In this document: positions 21,401 to 30,544 of the stretch, piece by piece
Layout: each line of letters begins with the position of its first letter
Numbering within the stretch: the first letter of the stretch is position 1
Assembly: GCA_963712305.1 (NCBI GenBank)
Contig: CAVQHI010000001.1
Coordinates: 1,077,383-1,141,382, forward strand
DNA length: 64,000 nucleotides
Direction of reading: 5' to 3'
DNA from: an uncultured bacterium
GTDB taxonomy: Bacteria; Bacteroidota; Rhodothermia; Balneolales; DATFMH01
The notes under the pieces: generated by a model
Told to the model about the DNA's origin: nothing
The model's database searches: none
What the model saw: only the letters and a program-made list of their open reading frames with translations
Made by a program: the position numbers and the translations under genes

Positions 21401-24400
21401 TCCAGTCGGTGTTTACATTCTGAATAGGCGACGATATTTGATCAGCAAAACTTTGCTCTTCGGTTTCCCACTGAATAGCCTTAGCCTTTGTATTCCTGAG
21501 TCGTTTGATGACGGGGGTTGCCTTTTGAACAAGATCCTCCGTTTCATTTTCAAGAACACTCTGATAAAGCTGGAATACTCCCGATGAAGTATAGTGATTG
21601 TTGAAATTGGTTACGATTTGTTTCACCTGCCTGAATGCACCCGGAGCAGGTTGTGTGAAATAACCCTGCTTTTGCGGCGTAATATCCTTTTCGTTATCAA
21701 TCCAACGCTGCATGATGTTCTGTCGTTGATAATTATCTTTTGTCAACAGTTGCAAGCCGGCAGCCATTAATTCCTGTTGCGTCAACTCTGGCAACTGAGG
21801 CGTGTTTATCGCATCCTGGACAGCATCACCGGCCTCATTCGCTTTGTTCTGCATGTCCTCGGCTTCTTTCCGTGCCTTGTCGACAAGTTCATCATAACGC
21901 TTGTTCCTTCCTGTGCCACCGTCAAATTTCCCGTTACGCAGGGATACCCAGACTCCTACCGTGCCGTTGAACACAAATGCTACCTGAACATGGGCACTTG
22001 CCGCTGCATAAAGGAGATAATTCCTGTGTTCCTTGATAAAGGCACCCTTAGCCGTGGCATCCAATTTTGCCAATCCACCCACAACGGAGGCATGAATTCC
22101 TATCTCGGCATAAGCCCCAAACAGATCTTTGCTTTTAACCCAGAAGACCTGCGCGTCAAATCCACTTTTGATAGTGATAATCTTGAAGTCAAAACCACTG
22201 TGGACACCGACATCGAAGTAAAAGCCGTCCTGGCATACGATAATCTTTGTGCTGGCCTCGGCCAATTTTAATAAACTCAGATCCCCATTACCTTTAAACG
22301 CCCATGTTACTGAGTTATCAGATTTCAACACGGCTTTAAAGCTGACCTCTAATTTCCCGGTTATAGCTTCATGTGCATTGATGGCAACAAAACCGTCCGC
22401 ATTTATATTTATCTGGTTTCCGCCATTCACGTCACTCAGTCGAATGCTGAGGCTGAACCCTCCTTTCATGCTCATTCTGCCTTCTTTTCCATCCTGTTTA
22501 AGCACAATGGCATGAGCGTCAATGAGCACATTTGTATCCGTGATAACAGCCAGTGCACTGCCTTCCGCAGCATATGCCCCCGTTGATCCGGCGATGCCCA
22601 TATCTACATTAACAATGACTGCAAATGTGTAGTTTTGGTTACCGCTCCAGGGTGGCGTATAGTTCATCCCCTGGTCGCTCGACTGACTTGCAACAGTCTC
22701 ATATCCGGTTAGGTCTATTACTTCCTGTATATCCCGGGAACTCGCATTGTAGAAGAAACCGCCGCCAATACCGGTCATGGTAATAACCCCCGGAACAACA
22801 GGAACCGTGGCTTTTACTTTCACAAATACACCGAATTTCAGTTTTTGATTCAGGGTCGATATCTCTCCGAATGCAGCAATTTCAGAGGTACTCTGTCCTA
22901 TACTGAACGATCCATCACCAGCCACCTTCAGCAGGATTCCATTATCCCCGGAGTCGAATTGCATATCGGCATTTATATTTGCGTGGTCCCCGAATGTCAA
23001 AGATGCTTTCTGGATTGCAAAATGGACTCCGTTATCATCGGTCGTTTGATAGAAATAGATGTGCTGTACACTACCGCTTATGCTTCCAATCGTAATGGAT
23101 AATGCACTATTCGTGTTCTGTCCCGGGCCAAAATCAAGATAGTTGCTCACATTGATCGTCTCCTCCTGAGCATCATCTATGTCGTGTGGATCATCATTAG
23201 CTCCACTGTTGTTTTTACGAACGGTGATTGTGCCCGATTCTTTATAAGTGAATTTCCCGACTTCAATCTGAACCTTGTCTCCTAACGTCTTCAAATGTCC
23301 GCCCGTGAAATCACCAATTGAGGCAACCCCGGTTTCGTCGATGATCATGTTTGCGAAGCTAAATCCGCCGTCAATATCACTCATATTAAGACTGGCACTT
23401 CCATCGAACTTCAATCCGAAGTTCGATGCATCTGGTATTGAAATGTTGCTGACCCCGATGTCGAAAAACTGACGGTTGAAATCCAGGTTCGAGTTGGGTT
23501 CAACATGCCACGTTGTATGCCCATCCTGGTACTCAAAACCATGTTGCCCGGATACAGAACCGATATGAATCGTGCTGTTTCCGCTGGACGGATTCTTTAC
23601 TGTCAAATCGGCCGACGTGTAGAAGCTGGTCTGACTCATATCCTGTAAATCCATGTTTATTCCGGCGTCGGTCAACGTAATAGTCGCAAAATCTCCAAGG
23701 TCATATGATGGATGTTGTGACAGATCAAACTCCGGACCCTGCGTCGTAACATTTCCATCTTTATCCACCGCAACAGTAAAGTTTGAACTGTCGCTGATTG
23801 GAGCAGGCAGCGTAACTTCCCCCTGTGCCTGAAGTTTAAGGGATGAGTTTTGCATTAATAACTTCAAAGAAGTCAGGGATGCATAATTGCCCAAAATAGG
23901 CTGCGGTTGATTCAGGAACTCGAGACCTGCATTCTGAATGGATACATCGCCGTTTGATCCGATACTCAGATTCTTGAAAGAAAAATCGCGGTCGAGTGCG
24001 TGCAGGTTCCCGCCCATCGTAAGGGTCAACACATTCTGCTGGTAGTTAAGATCCAGGCTATCAAGCCTCATGTGCGCAAACCCGTTTAGGATGTCAACAT
24101 CCTGAGGCGTCAGAGCATGCGTATCAATCTGGTTCACCGATACACCGCCGGTTCCTATTCTCAGATTTTGGATACTCAGCTCAAATTCATCACCCAAAAG
24201 TTCCGGAGCCTGCAGCCGTCCGTCAATGACCATCGCAAGTTCCTGCGGTGATACGGCAATGGTCAGACCATCGACCTTCATTCTGAGCCAGTGGTCTCCA
24301 ACCCCATATTCATCACCAAGCTGCTGTGCGTTACTGGCGAAGTTCCACTTGTCGTTCGTGATATCATAACCGGCGGAAAAATGGAGTCGTCGCATCTTTT

Positions 24401-27400
24401 GAGTAACTGTATCGACCAGCATCTTGCTGTAAAACTCACCAGACAGATTGATTTCTTTCTGGTTACCCATTTTCACCTGAGCACCATCCACCGACATAAC
24501 GAACCCACTGTCCGGAAGGAAACTGTGCGAGACAAGAGGATGTTGCGGCACTTGAGCAGGTAATGAATGCGAATATTCACCAGCTTCAATTGTTGCCTTC
24601 TCAAAACCATCGGGACCAAGGGTAACCTCGTTTATGGCTACAGGTACGTCATTAAGAGATTGAGGCAACAGAATTTTCAGTGAAGCGGTCAGCTTGAACG
24701 GTTCGCTCGATTTTTTGGCATACTTAAGGGCTGTAATTGATAACGGGACCTGCATCAATGGTTTCAGATCTATCGGATTCTGTGTCAGATCGGCCTGAAT
24801 CTGACCTCCCATGATCTGGAAGGAACTGTTCACATCAACATCCTGGAATGTGACATCGATAACCGGCGGATTTGCATTATCCAACCCGGCAAGCACCAGT
24901 TTTACCGACTTGTTGGCCTTGGTTGACAGCCGCATTCCGCCTTGAATAGATTGCGATTGAACATTCAGAGGTTGATTGGGCCCGTCCCTAAGCACAAGGT
25001 AAGCAACATCCCTGGTCGGCAGCCCTAAAGTATCCGGCAGAGGAACTGCAGCCACAATGTTATCCATATGGAAACCCTGCTGGTCGTAGTAGGCTACACG
25101 TTCAGTCTGTCCATTCTGTTCCACTTTATTAATGTCAGCACGTCCCGATGTCACCTGTACCGGTGCAAGGCTCATGCGCATATTATGGAACTGCACCTGG
25201 TAATCGTCACCGTTCTCGCCGCCAAACCGCATTGCCACCGTACTCTGACCATTGACCAGCATGCCGTCTTTGTCGATGGTTACTTGCTGGGGCATCACAA
25301 AACGAACTCCCGGATCAACAGAAATAGGTGAGTTAGGATCGACGACGGTCCATTTCAAAGGATTGAAGCCGACTTCCATGCCAAAACTATCCTGGAACTG
25401 AATATTGCCGGATGATATGGTACCATCAGAGAGATTTAGGGCCAGGTTATTGAAGTTTGCCTGAACTGTTGCACCATCGGCATTCAGCGTTCCTCCCCCT
25501 GTCAGCACAAAACCGTTATTGGTGATGGCAGCCTGCTGAACGGTAAACTTGAGTAAAGAATCTGTTGATGGGTAGTACCATATAAAGGGACCGGGAATAT
25601 TTATGTTACCCGAAAGCACCTGTCCGTTGAGAACATCCAGCATTAGATTTCCTGATGCTGTCACTGGAGTCGTATTCTGGGTCTTCACGGTAGCCGTTGC
25701 TGAACCCTGCATGATCAGTGTCTGTTGATTTCCACTAAAACCAAACTGGAGCTGTGAACTTCCAAAACTCAAACTCAGCGGACCCATAACCAGTTGACCG
25801 CAGGGAGTGAAGTTGTCAACCGTGCCGGTGAGCCCGCCGAGTTTGTTGAGGCGTACTGCAAACGTTTTTTCCGGGCAGTTTTGATTCGGAGAGACAAAGA
25901 AATCAGGCTCCTGCAGCTTGCCTGATAATTCGATATCGTAATCCTGAGTACCATCCGGAGCCCGTCCAAGGTTACCTGCTATTTGTTGTAGAATGAGTCC
26001 TGTATGCGAACTCAGAGGCAGATTTATCCCATTTTCAAAAGTGTATGGATCAAGCTGTCCCTCAAGAATTCCATTATTGAAACCAATATCACTCAGCGTC
26101 GCCGAGGCGTGTGCCAGTCCGGGTGATGTCTGGGCAAAACCCGGGAATGTCAATTTGAAATCAAGATGAGGGATCAAACCGACCAGATCACCCGGACTGA
26201 ATGAGAACCAGTGTAGTGTGTCCTTCCGTGTTCGGAAAGCCAGTGGTTTCAGATGAAATGCCCCGACATCAAATCCAGTCAGGTTCAACGGCGGTGTTGA
26301 ACTGTCGTTTATCTCCTGTTGCGGAATGATGATGCCGATACCACTCTTAATCTGTACATTTCGCAACGGAACCGTAATAGGATCACCTTCATCCGGAGCC
26401 AACGTGAAATGGACATTGATATCAGCCAAATAGCTTAATCCCTGCTGTTTCGACCAGTTTAGATTGAGTTGGTCAATCTTATCGACGGCAACTTTGAAAT
26501 TTCCCATTTCGAGTTTGGGAAGTGTCGCGTTTGCCTGGCTGTTGAATTGTGTCACAGTCATCTGATCCTGGGTCCAATGGAGTCCAAGACTCGCAGATGC
26601 TGCCGCCTCTCCGTTCAGAGCATTGACGTGGAAATCTGCATTCATATCGAACGAGAACTGTGAATTGGCAGGATCTGTCGCAGGAATATCAAGATCTCCG
26701 GAGATTGAGTTAACATTAAGTGCCACCCGTGATTGATCTTCAAGAGGCAGCTCTGCATTCATGTCAGATAAATCCACCTGCGAGTGGAGATGGCCATTTA
26801 ACCCGGCTGCAATAGTAATGTGTCCATTATCTCCAAGACTATGATCAAGCAGAGCGATTTCTGATTTTAACTGCAGTTCGGGAGAACCGCCATTATTACC
26901 AGGGTCGCTAAACAAGACCTGGTACACCTTTGCGGGAACACCTAACCGGTTCAGGTCAAAAGCGGCATTATCTTCGGGAACATCTACACTGATCGTGCCA
27001 CTCATCACATCACCGGTCGAGGGATTAATGTCCACATTATTCAGATTGACATCTAATTGGGGTGCCTGTGCCAGGTTGCCTTGTAAGGCTGGAAATACTA
27101 ACGGTAAGGATGCCCCCGGTTTTTTTGTAATTCGCAACGTGCCATCCGGCTGCCGCTGCGTTTGTACCAGCAGAGTGTCGTTTCGTTTAATTTGCAGATA
27201 AGCGATCGATTCAAGCGGCAAAGGTATTCGTTCAGGCAGAAACTGGTTTCCGAAAAATGCCGGATCGGGAAAGAAGCCGTTGGTCGTTGCGTAACCGACA
27301 CGCTGACCCTTCCAGTCTAAATCGACTTCTCCGTTCTTAATTCCGAACGGCTGTAATGCGATAGCGAAATCATCCGAAAACTGTGCCCTCAAGCTGTCCA

Positions 27401-30400
27401 GTTGCCACTGATCATAATGCAATTCAGCCTTGGATGATCCGGTAGCATGAAGACCAAGCGTATCAATTTGAAGAGTACCTTTCAGCGAGGCCATAAGTCC
27501 GGGGTTCAGTGACAGAGTGCCTGGAAGCGGTTGTGTGTGAAAAGAAAGATTCTGGCTGTTGTCGATTCCTGCCTCGAGTGCAAAACCACTGTCGATAATC
27601 ACACGGCCACTTTTTACATCAAATGTTTTCCAGTCGAGAACCAGGTTATCAAAGGTCGAGCCAATTTGTTGGTTTCCAACCTTCAGCGTTTGCCGACCGT
27701 CGATATATAGTCCATCTTTGGTGATCTTCGCCCTGTTGATATGAAAGACCATAACCGGGTTATCCTTTGGGATGTTCCAATCGAACGGATGATTCATCTC
27801 GAAGTCGACTTTAGAAAACTCTCCAGTCATCAGATCGATTGCTACCTGACCGGTCACAGATTGATTATCTCCTAAATCCAGAGTAGCAGTACTGCTCAAT
27901 ATCGCCTGTTGTTGACCATCTTTCACATTGAAGTTTATATCGGCCTGATTAATAGCAGCGGTATACGGACCAATTGCTATCGGACAATCAGGTGCGACGT
28001 TTGAGATGTTACCCGTAAGTGTACCGTCCTGATGAAGTGCCAATGTCGCCTGACCCAGATCTGTCTGATGAGGTGGATCACAAGTGAATGGTTCACCCAG
28101 CAATAAACTTGCAGAGAGTTTTACATTACAGTCGACTTCCGGCTGATCCCCTAATGCGATACCAATGTTTCCACCAAGTTTGTGAAGAATTAAGGCATAA
28201 TCTCCTCCCAGAGGGATTTTGCAGTTGTCCAGCACTGTGCCCTTCAAGGCTCCTGTCAGTTGCCCATCTTTGAAACCGGCATCGGACACGGTATAGTCTC
28301 CGGTTTTCAAGCAAGATGGAAATGTGTCAGGAAGATCATCGAATCCAAACGTGAAACTGAAATCCAGATTCCAATCATCATCCTTCCACTGGTCACGGTT
28401 AAAAAACGGGAAGTTTACTTTAGGAAGATGCAGTGATACCGGCTTGATGTGGATACCATCGAAATGCAGCACCGGTATTCCAGCAAAATCGTCCGATGTG
28501 AGGTTAATATCAGGAAACTGCATCCCTTTGTCAGACGAAAGCTTCAGTCCTTTCAGCTCTGGCAGCGACAACGGAGTCAAGCCGGTAATAGCCGGCCAGG
28601 CATCGAAACTGAATCCGAAATCCCATTTCGATTGTGATGATGAGGATGGATTGTAACCAAGATGATCAAGGTTGATCTTATCCAGTCCAAGTGACATCAC
28701 ACCGAGATTAAGAGTTGGATTGGGGATTTTGCAGTCTGGTATCAATTTGCCGACCGAAACGCCTTTACTGTCTCCCAGGCGGATGGTTGTTAGTCCGCCG
28801 CAATAATCGCTGGTATTCTCTTTGAGTTTGAATCCAATCTGGCTTTGAATTGCCAGGTTGTAGTGTCCTTTTCCTCCCTTTAGCGGATAATGAATATCGC
28901 CCGTAAGATTGAGCATCTTGAACCTCAGCAGCTTCGATTGAGGAACAGGGTAAAAAACCTTTGAATCCCGGCAATCTATCGCGGCCATCACTGTATCCTC
29001 GCGAAATCCAAGCAACGGGATATCGCAAGTTAGTTCACCGCTAAACAGGCTCACCTGACCCGATGCCATCAAATCTGCTTCAGGAAACTGTACAGATAAA
29101 GTGTTGACCTCGAGTTTTACCGGATCCTGACCGTAGGCGAAGATAGGCCCACCTTCATTTCCGGCTTCAATCTTGCCTGACAATCCCTGGGAGTTAATCT
29201 GTAATTTCCCCTTACTTTTATATGTTTTACCATCGGGACCAACAATATCAGCAGTGGCTGTCATCCCACTGCCCAGATCCCAGCTAAGCTTATTCAGATG
29301 GATCAGATTATTTGACGGGACAAGATCCTCAGGCAGTGAAAAATGGCCGGCTACGACCTGTCCACCTAGTACAACCGGCGGATTCATAGATCCTTTCTGA
29401 ATCGAAAGATTTCTCACATCCACTTTGACGATAACAGGCTCAGGTTCGGTTGTAAACCGGAGGAGAAGAGTTGCGGTCCCATTCAATATATAATTACTGG
29501 TCAGTTCCTTATAATTCAGATTTTTCAAATTTACCAAGTCAGCAAAACCGGGTATCAACGGAATATTTTTCAGATTTTTTAAAGATTGAGATAGCTGGTT
29601 TTCTGAATTATTCAGTCCGAAAATGAATGTCTGGATCTGGCTTTTCCCGCTATCTTTAAACGGAATCAATCCTTCCGGATCGGTGGCTGTTATTTGCCAC
29701 GCATACTGATGACCTTCTTCCAGAGGCAGGTTATTGGGGGTGTAGCTGTAAGTAGTCTGATTGTTCAGTACGTGATCGGCCGTCGGTCGGTTGCTGTTGA
29801 TCGCCTGAAGTGGAGTTTGCCCGTCAACGATTTCCACGATCTTCAGGTGATAATCGATTGGTAATCCCTGTCCTGTTACAACCGGTGTCCATGCAAATAC
29901 GGGTATTTTCTGAGTAACATTCGATTCATTGGAAGGACTCACCAGAATAGGCGGCTGCGGCAGTCTCACAGTAAACACGGCAATCCCGGGGACTACACCT
30001 ACAGCCCCCGTCTCTCCTTGTGGGATAGCTCTGATCTCCATGCGATAGGTTCCCTCCGGAATGTTGCCCCCCTGGACGACCTGTCTTTTAATTTTCTTAT
30101 CAAGGTTATTTAGAACATCTGAGATAGATTTAGGAAAGGATACATCATCAAAAAAGGAGGAAAACGTGTACATGCCCGGTGTATACTGGACCGGATCGGA
30201 AGTCATATCTATAAGATTATCTCCATTTCGCGATAGCTTCATCTCAAAACGAAAACTTTTCGGTAACTGAGAAGCATTGGAATACATGAACTGAACCCGG
30301 TATAAACCTACCCGAAATTTCTTTTCCAGCACTCCCAAATATGGCGATGAGATCTGAGATGGAATACCAATTATCTGAACCTGGCTTGTACCCTGTGCCT

Positions 30401-30500
30401 GCACGGAAGTTGTCGACACTACACTCAAAAATCCCACAAACAGGACTAATCCTGTCAGGGTTTGTAATATTTTTTTTATCGTAATTCTCATTCTCCTCAT
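18408..30500 (-). CDS. giant (4,030 aa) secreted modular protein of unknown function
   Basis: A single uninterrupted 12,093-nt ORF. GAGG lies about 9 nt upstream of the ATG. Signal peptide ...VVSTTSVQA-QG. From N to C: Ig/FN3-like N-terminal modules, about 2,300 aa of beta-rich sequence, a Gly/Ala/Val-rich segment, a ~480-aa helical Q/N/K/E-rich segment, and five C-terminal Ig/FN3-like modules. Confidence 0.9.
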   Translation of the reverse strand: MRRMRITIKKILQTLTGLVLFVGFLSVVSTTSVQAQGTSQVQIIGIPSQISSPYLGVLEKKFRVGLYRVQFMYSNASQLPKSFRFEMKLSRNGDNLIDMTSDPVQYTPGMYTFSSFFDDVSFPKSISDVLNNLDKKIKRQVVQGGNIPEGTYRMEIRAIPQGETGAVGVVPGIAVFTVRLPQPPILVSPSNESNVTQKIPVFAWTPVVTGQGLPIDYHLKIVEIVDGQTPLQAINSNRPTADHVLNNQTTYSYTPNNLPLEEGHQYAWQITATDPEGLIPFKDSGKSQIQTFIFGLNNSENQLSQSLKNLKNIPLIPGFADLVNLKNLNYKELTSNYILNGTATLLLRFTTEPEPVIVKVDVRNLSIQKGSMNPPVVLGGQVVAGHFSLPEDLVPSNNLIHLNKLSWDLGSGMTATADIVGPDGKTYKSKGKLQINSQGLSGKIEAGNEGGPIFAYGQDPVKLEVNTLSVQFPEADLMASGQVSLFSGELTCDIPLLGFREDTVMAAIDCRDSKVFYPVPQSKLLRFKMLNLTGDIHYPLKGGKGHYNLAIQSQIGFKLKENTSDYCGGLTTIRLGDSKGVSVGKLIPDCKIPNPTLNLGVMSLGLDKINLDHLGYNPSSSSQSKWDFGFSFDAWPAITGLTPLSLPELKGLKLSSDKGMQFPDINLTSDDFAGIPVLHFDGIHIKPVSLHLPKVNFPFFNRDQWKDDDWNLDFSFTFGFDDLPDTFPSCLKTGDYTVSDAGFKDGQLTGALKGTVLDNCKIPLGGDYALILHKLGGNIGIALGDQPEVDCNVKLSASLLLGEPFTCDPPHQTDLGQATLALHQDGTLTGNISNVAPDCPIAIGPYTAAINQADINFNVKDGQQQAILSSTATLDLGDNQSVTGQVAIDLMTGEFSKVDFEMNHPFDWNIPKDNPVMVFHINRAKITKDGLYIDGRQTLKVGNQQIGSTFDNLVLDWKTFDVKSGRVIIDSGFALEAGIDNSQNLSFHTQPLPGTLSLNPGLMASLKGTLQIDTLGLHATGSSKAELHYDQWQLDSLRAQFSDDFAIALQPFGIKNGEVDLDWKGQRVGYATTNGFFPDPAFFGNQFLPERIPLPLESIAYLQIKRNDTLLVQTQRQPDGTLRITKKPGASLPLVFPALQGNLAQAPQLDVNLNNVDINPSTGDVMSGTISVDVPEDNAAFDLNRLGVPAKVYQVLFSDPGNNGGSPELQLKSEIALLDHSLGDNGHITIAAGLNGHLHSQVDLSDMNAELPLEDQSRVALNVNSISGDLDIPATDPANSQFSFDMNADFHVNALNGEAAASASLGLHWTQDQMTVTQFNSQANATLPKLEMGNFKVAVDKIDQLNLNWSKQQGLSYLADINVHFTLAPDEGDPITVPLRNVQIKSGIGIIIPQQEINDSSTPPLNLTGFDVGAFHLKPLAFRTRKDTLHWFSFSPGDLVGLIPHLDFKLTFPGFAQTSPGLAHASATLSDIGFNNGILEGQLDPYTFENGINLPLSSHTGLILQQIAGNLGRAPDGTQDYDIELSGKLQEPDFFVSPNQNCPEKTFAVRLNKLGGLTGTVDNFTPCGQLVMGPLSLSFGSSQLQFGFSGNQQTLIMQGSATATVKTQNTTPVTASGNLMLDVLNGQVLSGNINIPGPFIWYYPSTDSLLKFTVQQAAITNNGFVLTGGGTLNADGATVQANFNNLALNLSDGTISSGNIQFQDSFGMEVGFNPLKWTVVDPNSPISVDPGVRFVMPQQVTIDKDGMLVNGQSTVAMRFGGENGDDYQVQFHNMRMSLAPVQVTSGRADINKVEQNGQTERVAYYDQQGFHMDNIVAAVPLPDTLGLPTRDVAYLVLRDGPNQPLNVQSQSIQGGMRLSTKANKSVKLVLAGLDNANPPVIDVTFQDVDVNSSFQIMGGQIQADLTQNPIDLKPLMQVPLSITALKYAKKSSEPFKLTASLKILLPQSLNDVPVAINEVTLGPDGFEKATIEAGEYSHSLPAQVPQHPLVSHSFLPDSGFVMSVDGAQVKMGNQKEINLSGEFYSKMLVDTVTQKMRRLHFSAGYDITNDKWNFASNAQQLGDEYGVGDHWLRMKVDGLTIAVSPQELAMVIDGRLQAPELLGDEFELSIQNLRIGTGGVSVNQIDTHALTPQDVDILNGFAHMRLDSLDLNYQQNVLTLTMGGNLHALDRDFSFKNLSIGSNGDVSIQNAGLEFLNQPQPILGNYASLTSLKLLMQNSSLKLQAQGEVTLPAPISDSSNFTVAVDKDGNVTTQGPEFDLSQHPSYDLGDFATITLTDAGINMDLQDMSQTSFYTSADLTVKNPSSGNSTIHIGSVSGQHGFEYQDGHTTWHVEPNSNLDFNRQFFDIGVSNISIPDASNFGLKFDGSASLNMSDIDGGFSFANMIIDETGVASIGDFTGGHLKTLGDKVQIEVGKFTYKESGTITVRKNNSGANDDPHDIDDAQEETINVSNYLDFGPGQNTNSALSITIGSISGSVQHIYFYQTTDDNGVHFAIQKASLTFGDHANINADMQFDSGDNGILLKVAGDGSFSIGQSTSEIAAFGEISTLNQKLKFGVFVKVKATVPVVPGVITMTGIGGGFFYNASSRDIQEVIDLTGYETVASQSSDQGMNYTPPWSGNQNYTFAVIVNVDMGIAGSTGAYAAEGSALAVITDTNVLIDAHAIVLKQDGKEGRMSMKGGFSLSIRLSDVNGGNQININADGFVAINAHEAITGKLEVSFKAVLKSDNSVTWAFKGNGDLSLLKLAEASTKIIVCQDGFYFDVGVHSGFDFKIITIKSGFDAQVFWVKSKDLFGAYAEIGIHASVVGGLAKLDATAKGAFIKEHRNYLLYAAASAHVQVAFVFNGTVGVWVSLRNGKFDGGTGRNKRYDELVDKARKEAEDMQNKANEAGDAVQDAINTPQLPELTQQELMAAGLQLLTKDNYQRQNIMQRWIDNEKDITPQKQGYFTQPAPGAFRQVKQIVTNFNNHYTSSGVFQLYQSVLENETEDLVQKATPVIKRLRNTKAKAIQWETEEQSFADQISSPIQNVNTDWSSGSAPSFSVNTDLANQNSDNLANYKQSIAQLDQQYRSVIDTVYTMISGIDQSLSGRATITTQGTSFMAGGELHVLPAITLYLGPTLNDVAKSYLDMEHEYNNFYSYRINRRWQLYYGAQSVGNQISGLHGSINSAIDDITNTMSNSNGQIKDDYKSTAIKVARMRRYFIHHLTRDNQQATSDSSQTADAMRQALANNNPGAFKNMFRTTAQELWYKTVKDGADSLKSNSRMMADSLIQYYNTIKNDLKQKHKRFTELEDTIYSIKANMTATLYGMMDVYANWRKSVMGDSAAAGIEEEMNQLDQQLAPPVVNNITMQYDQDDYRNDMKINWSSSHPTGDVVENSILVEPGTGTSIFSSNLVTAGSEDHLDYYAFKRTSSQKTGHYRVIVRARGPAGNTISRVASVDVPVDPGSPEPSVTNTQNVINHDNTAPSTPYVTFPYHKTQRFVGDLTKTTTGAQLSMSTSSNLPNGTNYNGSGGSGSNSNTGLQYVYMSHDRDRIEFDVTTIDMESDIASVEYAIGTYPGGQNVVQWTDAHGQRLSSGGNNGGMANVRYHITANDLRLSSDHPVYVSVRSTNSEGLRSREKHVQSGVMYDGTAPSAPDIQPVYIYQPVSGGYQVYGFGNRQATPVVQHRPQMEGPTYTYSSATPSYTLKWSPARDSESGIYNYQYVITNNPDTSAAFSDAMSLDSTKNQMVQLRGGKLNFKDSLYFFVRAQNNAGLYGKSDRFGPVVIHDPTSPYKPKVAAMIMPDVIRLYVTKPSVDLESDIKGREYAIGQTATGEPTIKTWPDSPTDELQPGLGGEFGIYVWQQAAKGDIQWPGNLPATELDVSNDQLSSGTYYVHYRTFNKQNMNSTAAVTGPVVIDKSIPAKPTVNLSSLSNKRARLTVSNIKDPQSGIRRVEYKVTTVGNESSGQWHDLVAITDLVPAGQSTSIEITFSYGVYPYMITLYRNLEVGIRITNGNGLTRVVWLSGAQSEKVQVNKPVYNYNINSSFGN

Positions 30501-30544
30501 TTCACTGCCTCTGATTTAGGCTCCATATTTTTGGGGAAATTCAT

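Noticed and set aside
18648-30270. About 25 plus-strand ORFs of 60-164 aa inside the giant gene
   Set aside because: All are antisense to a 12-kb uninterrupted ORF, all are short, and all have low-complexity or Cys/Arg-rich translations typical of shadow ORFs.
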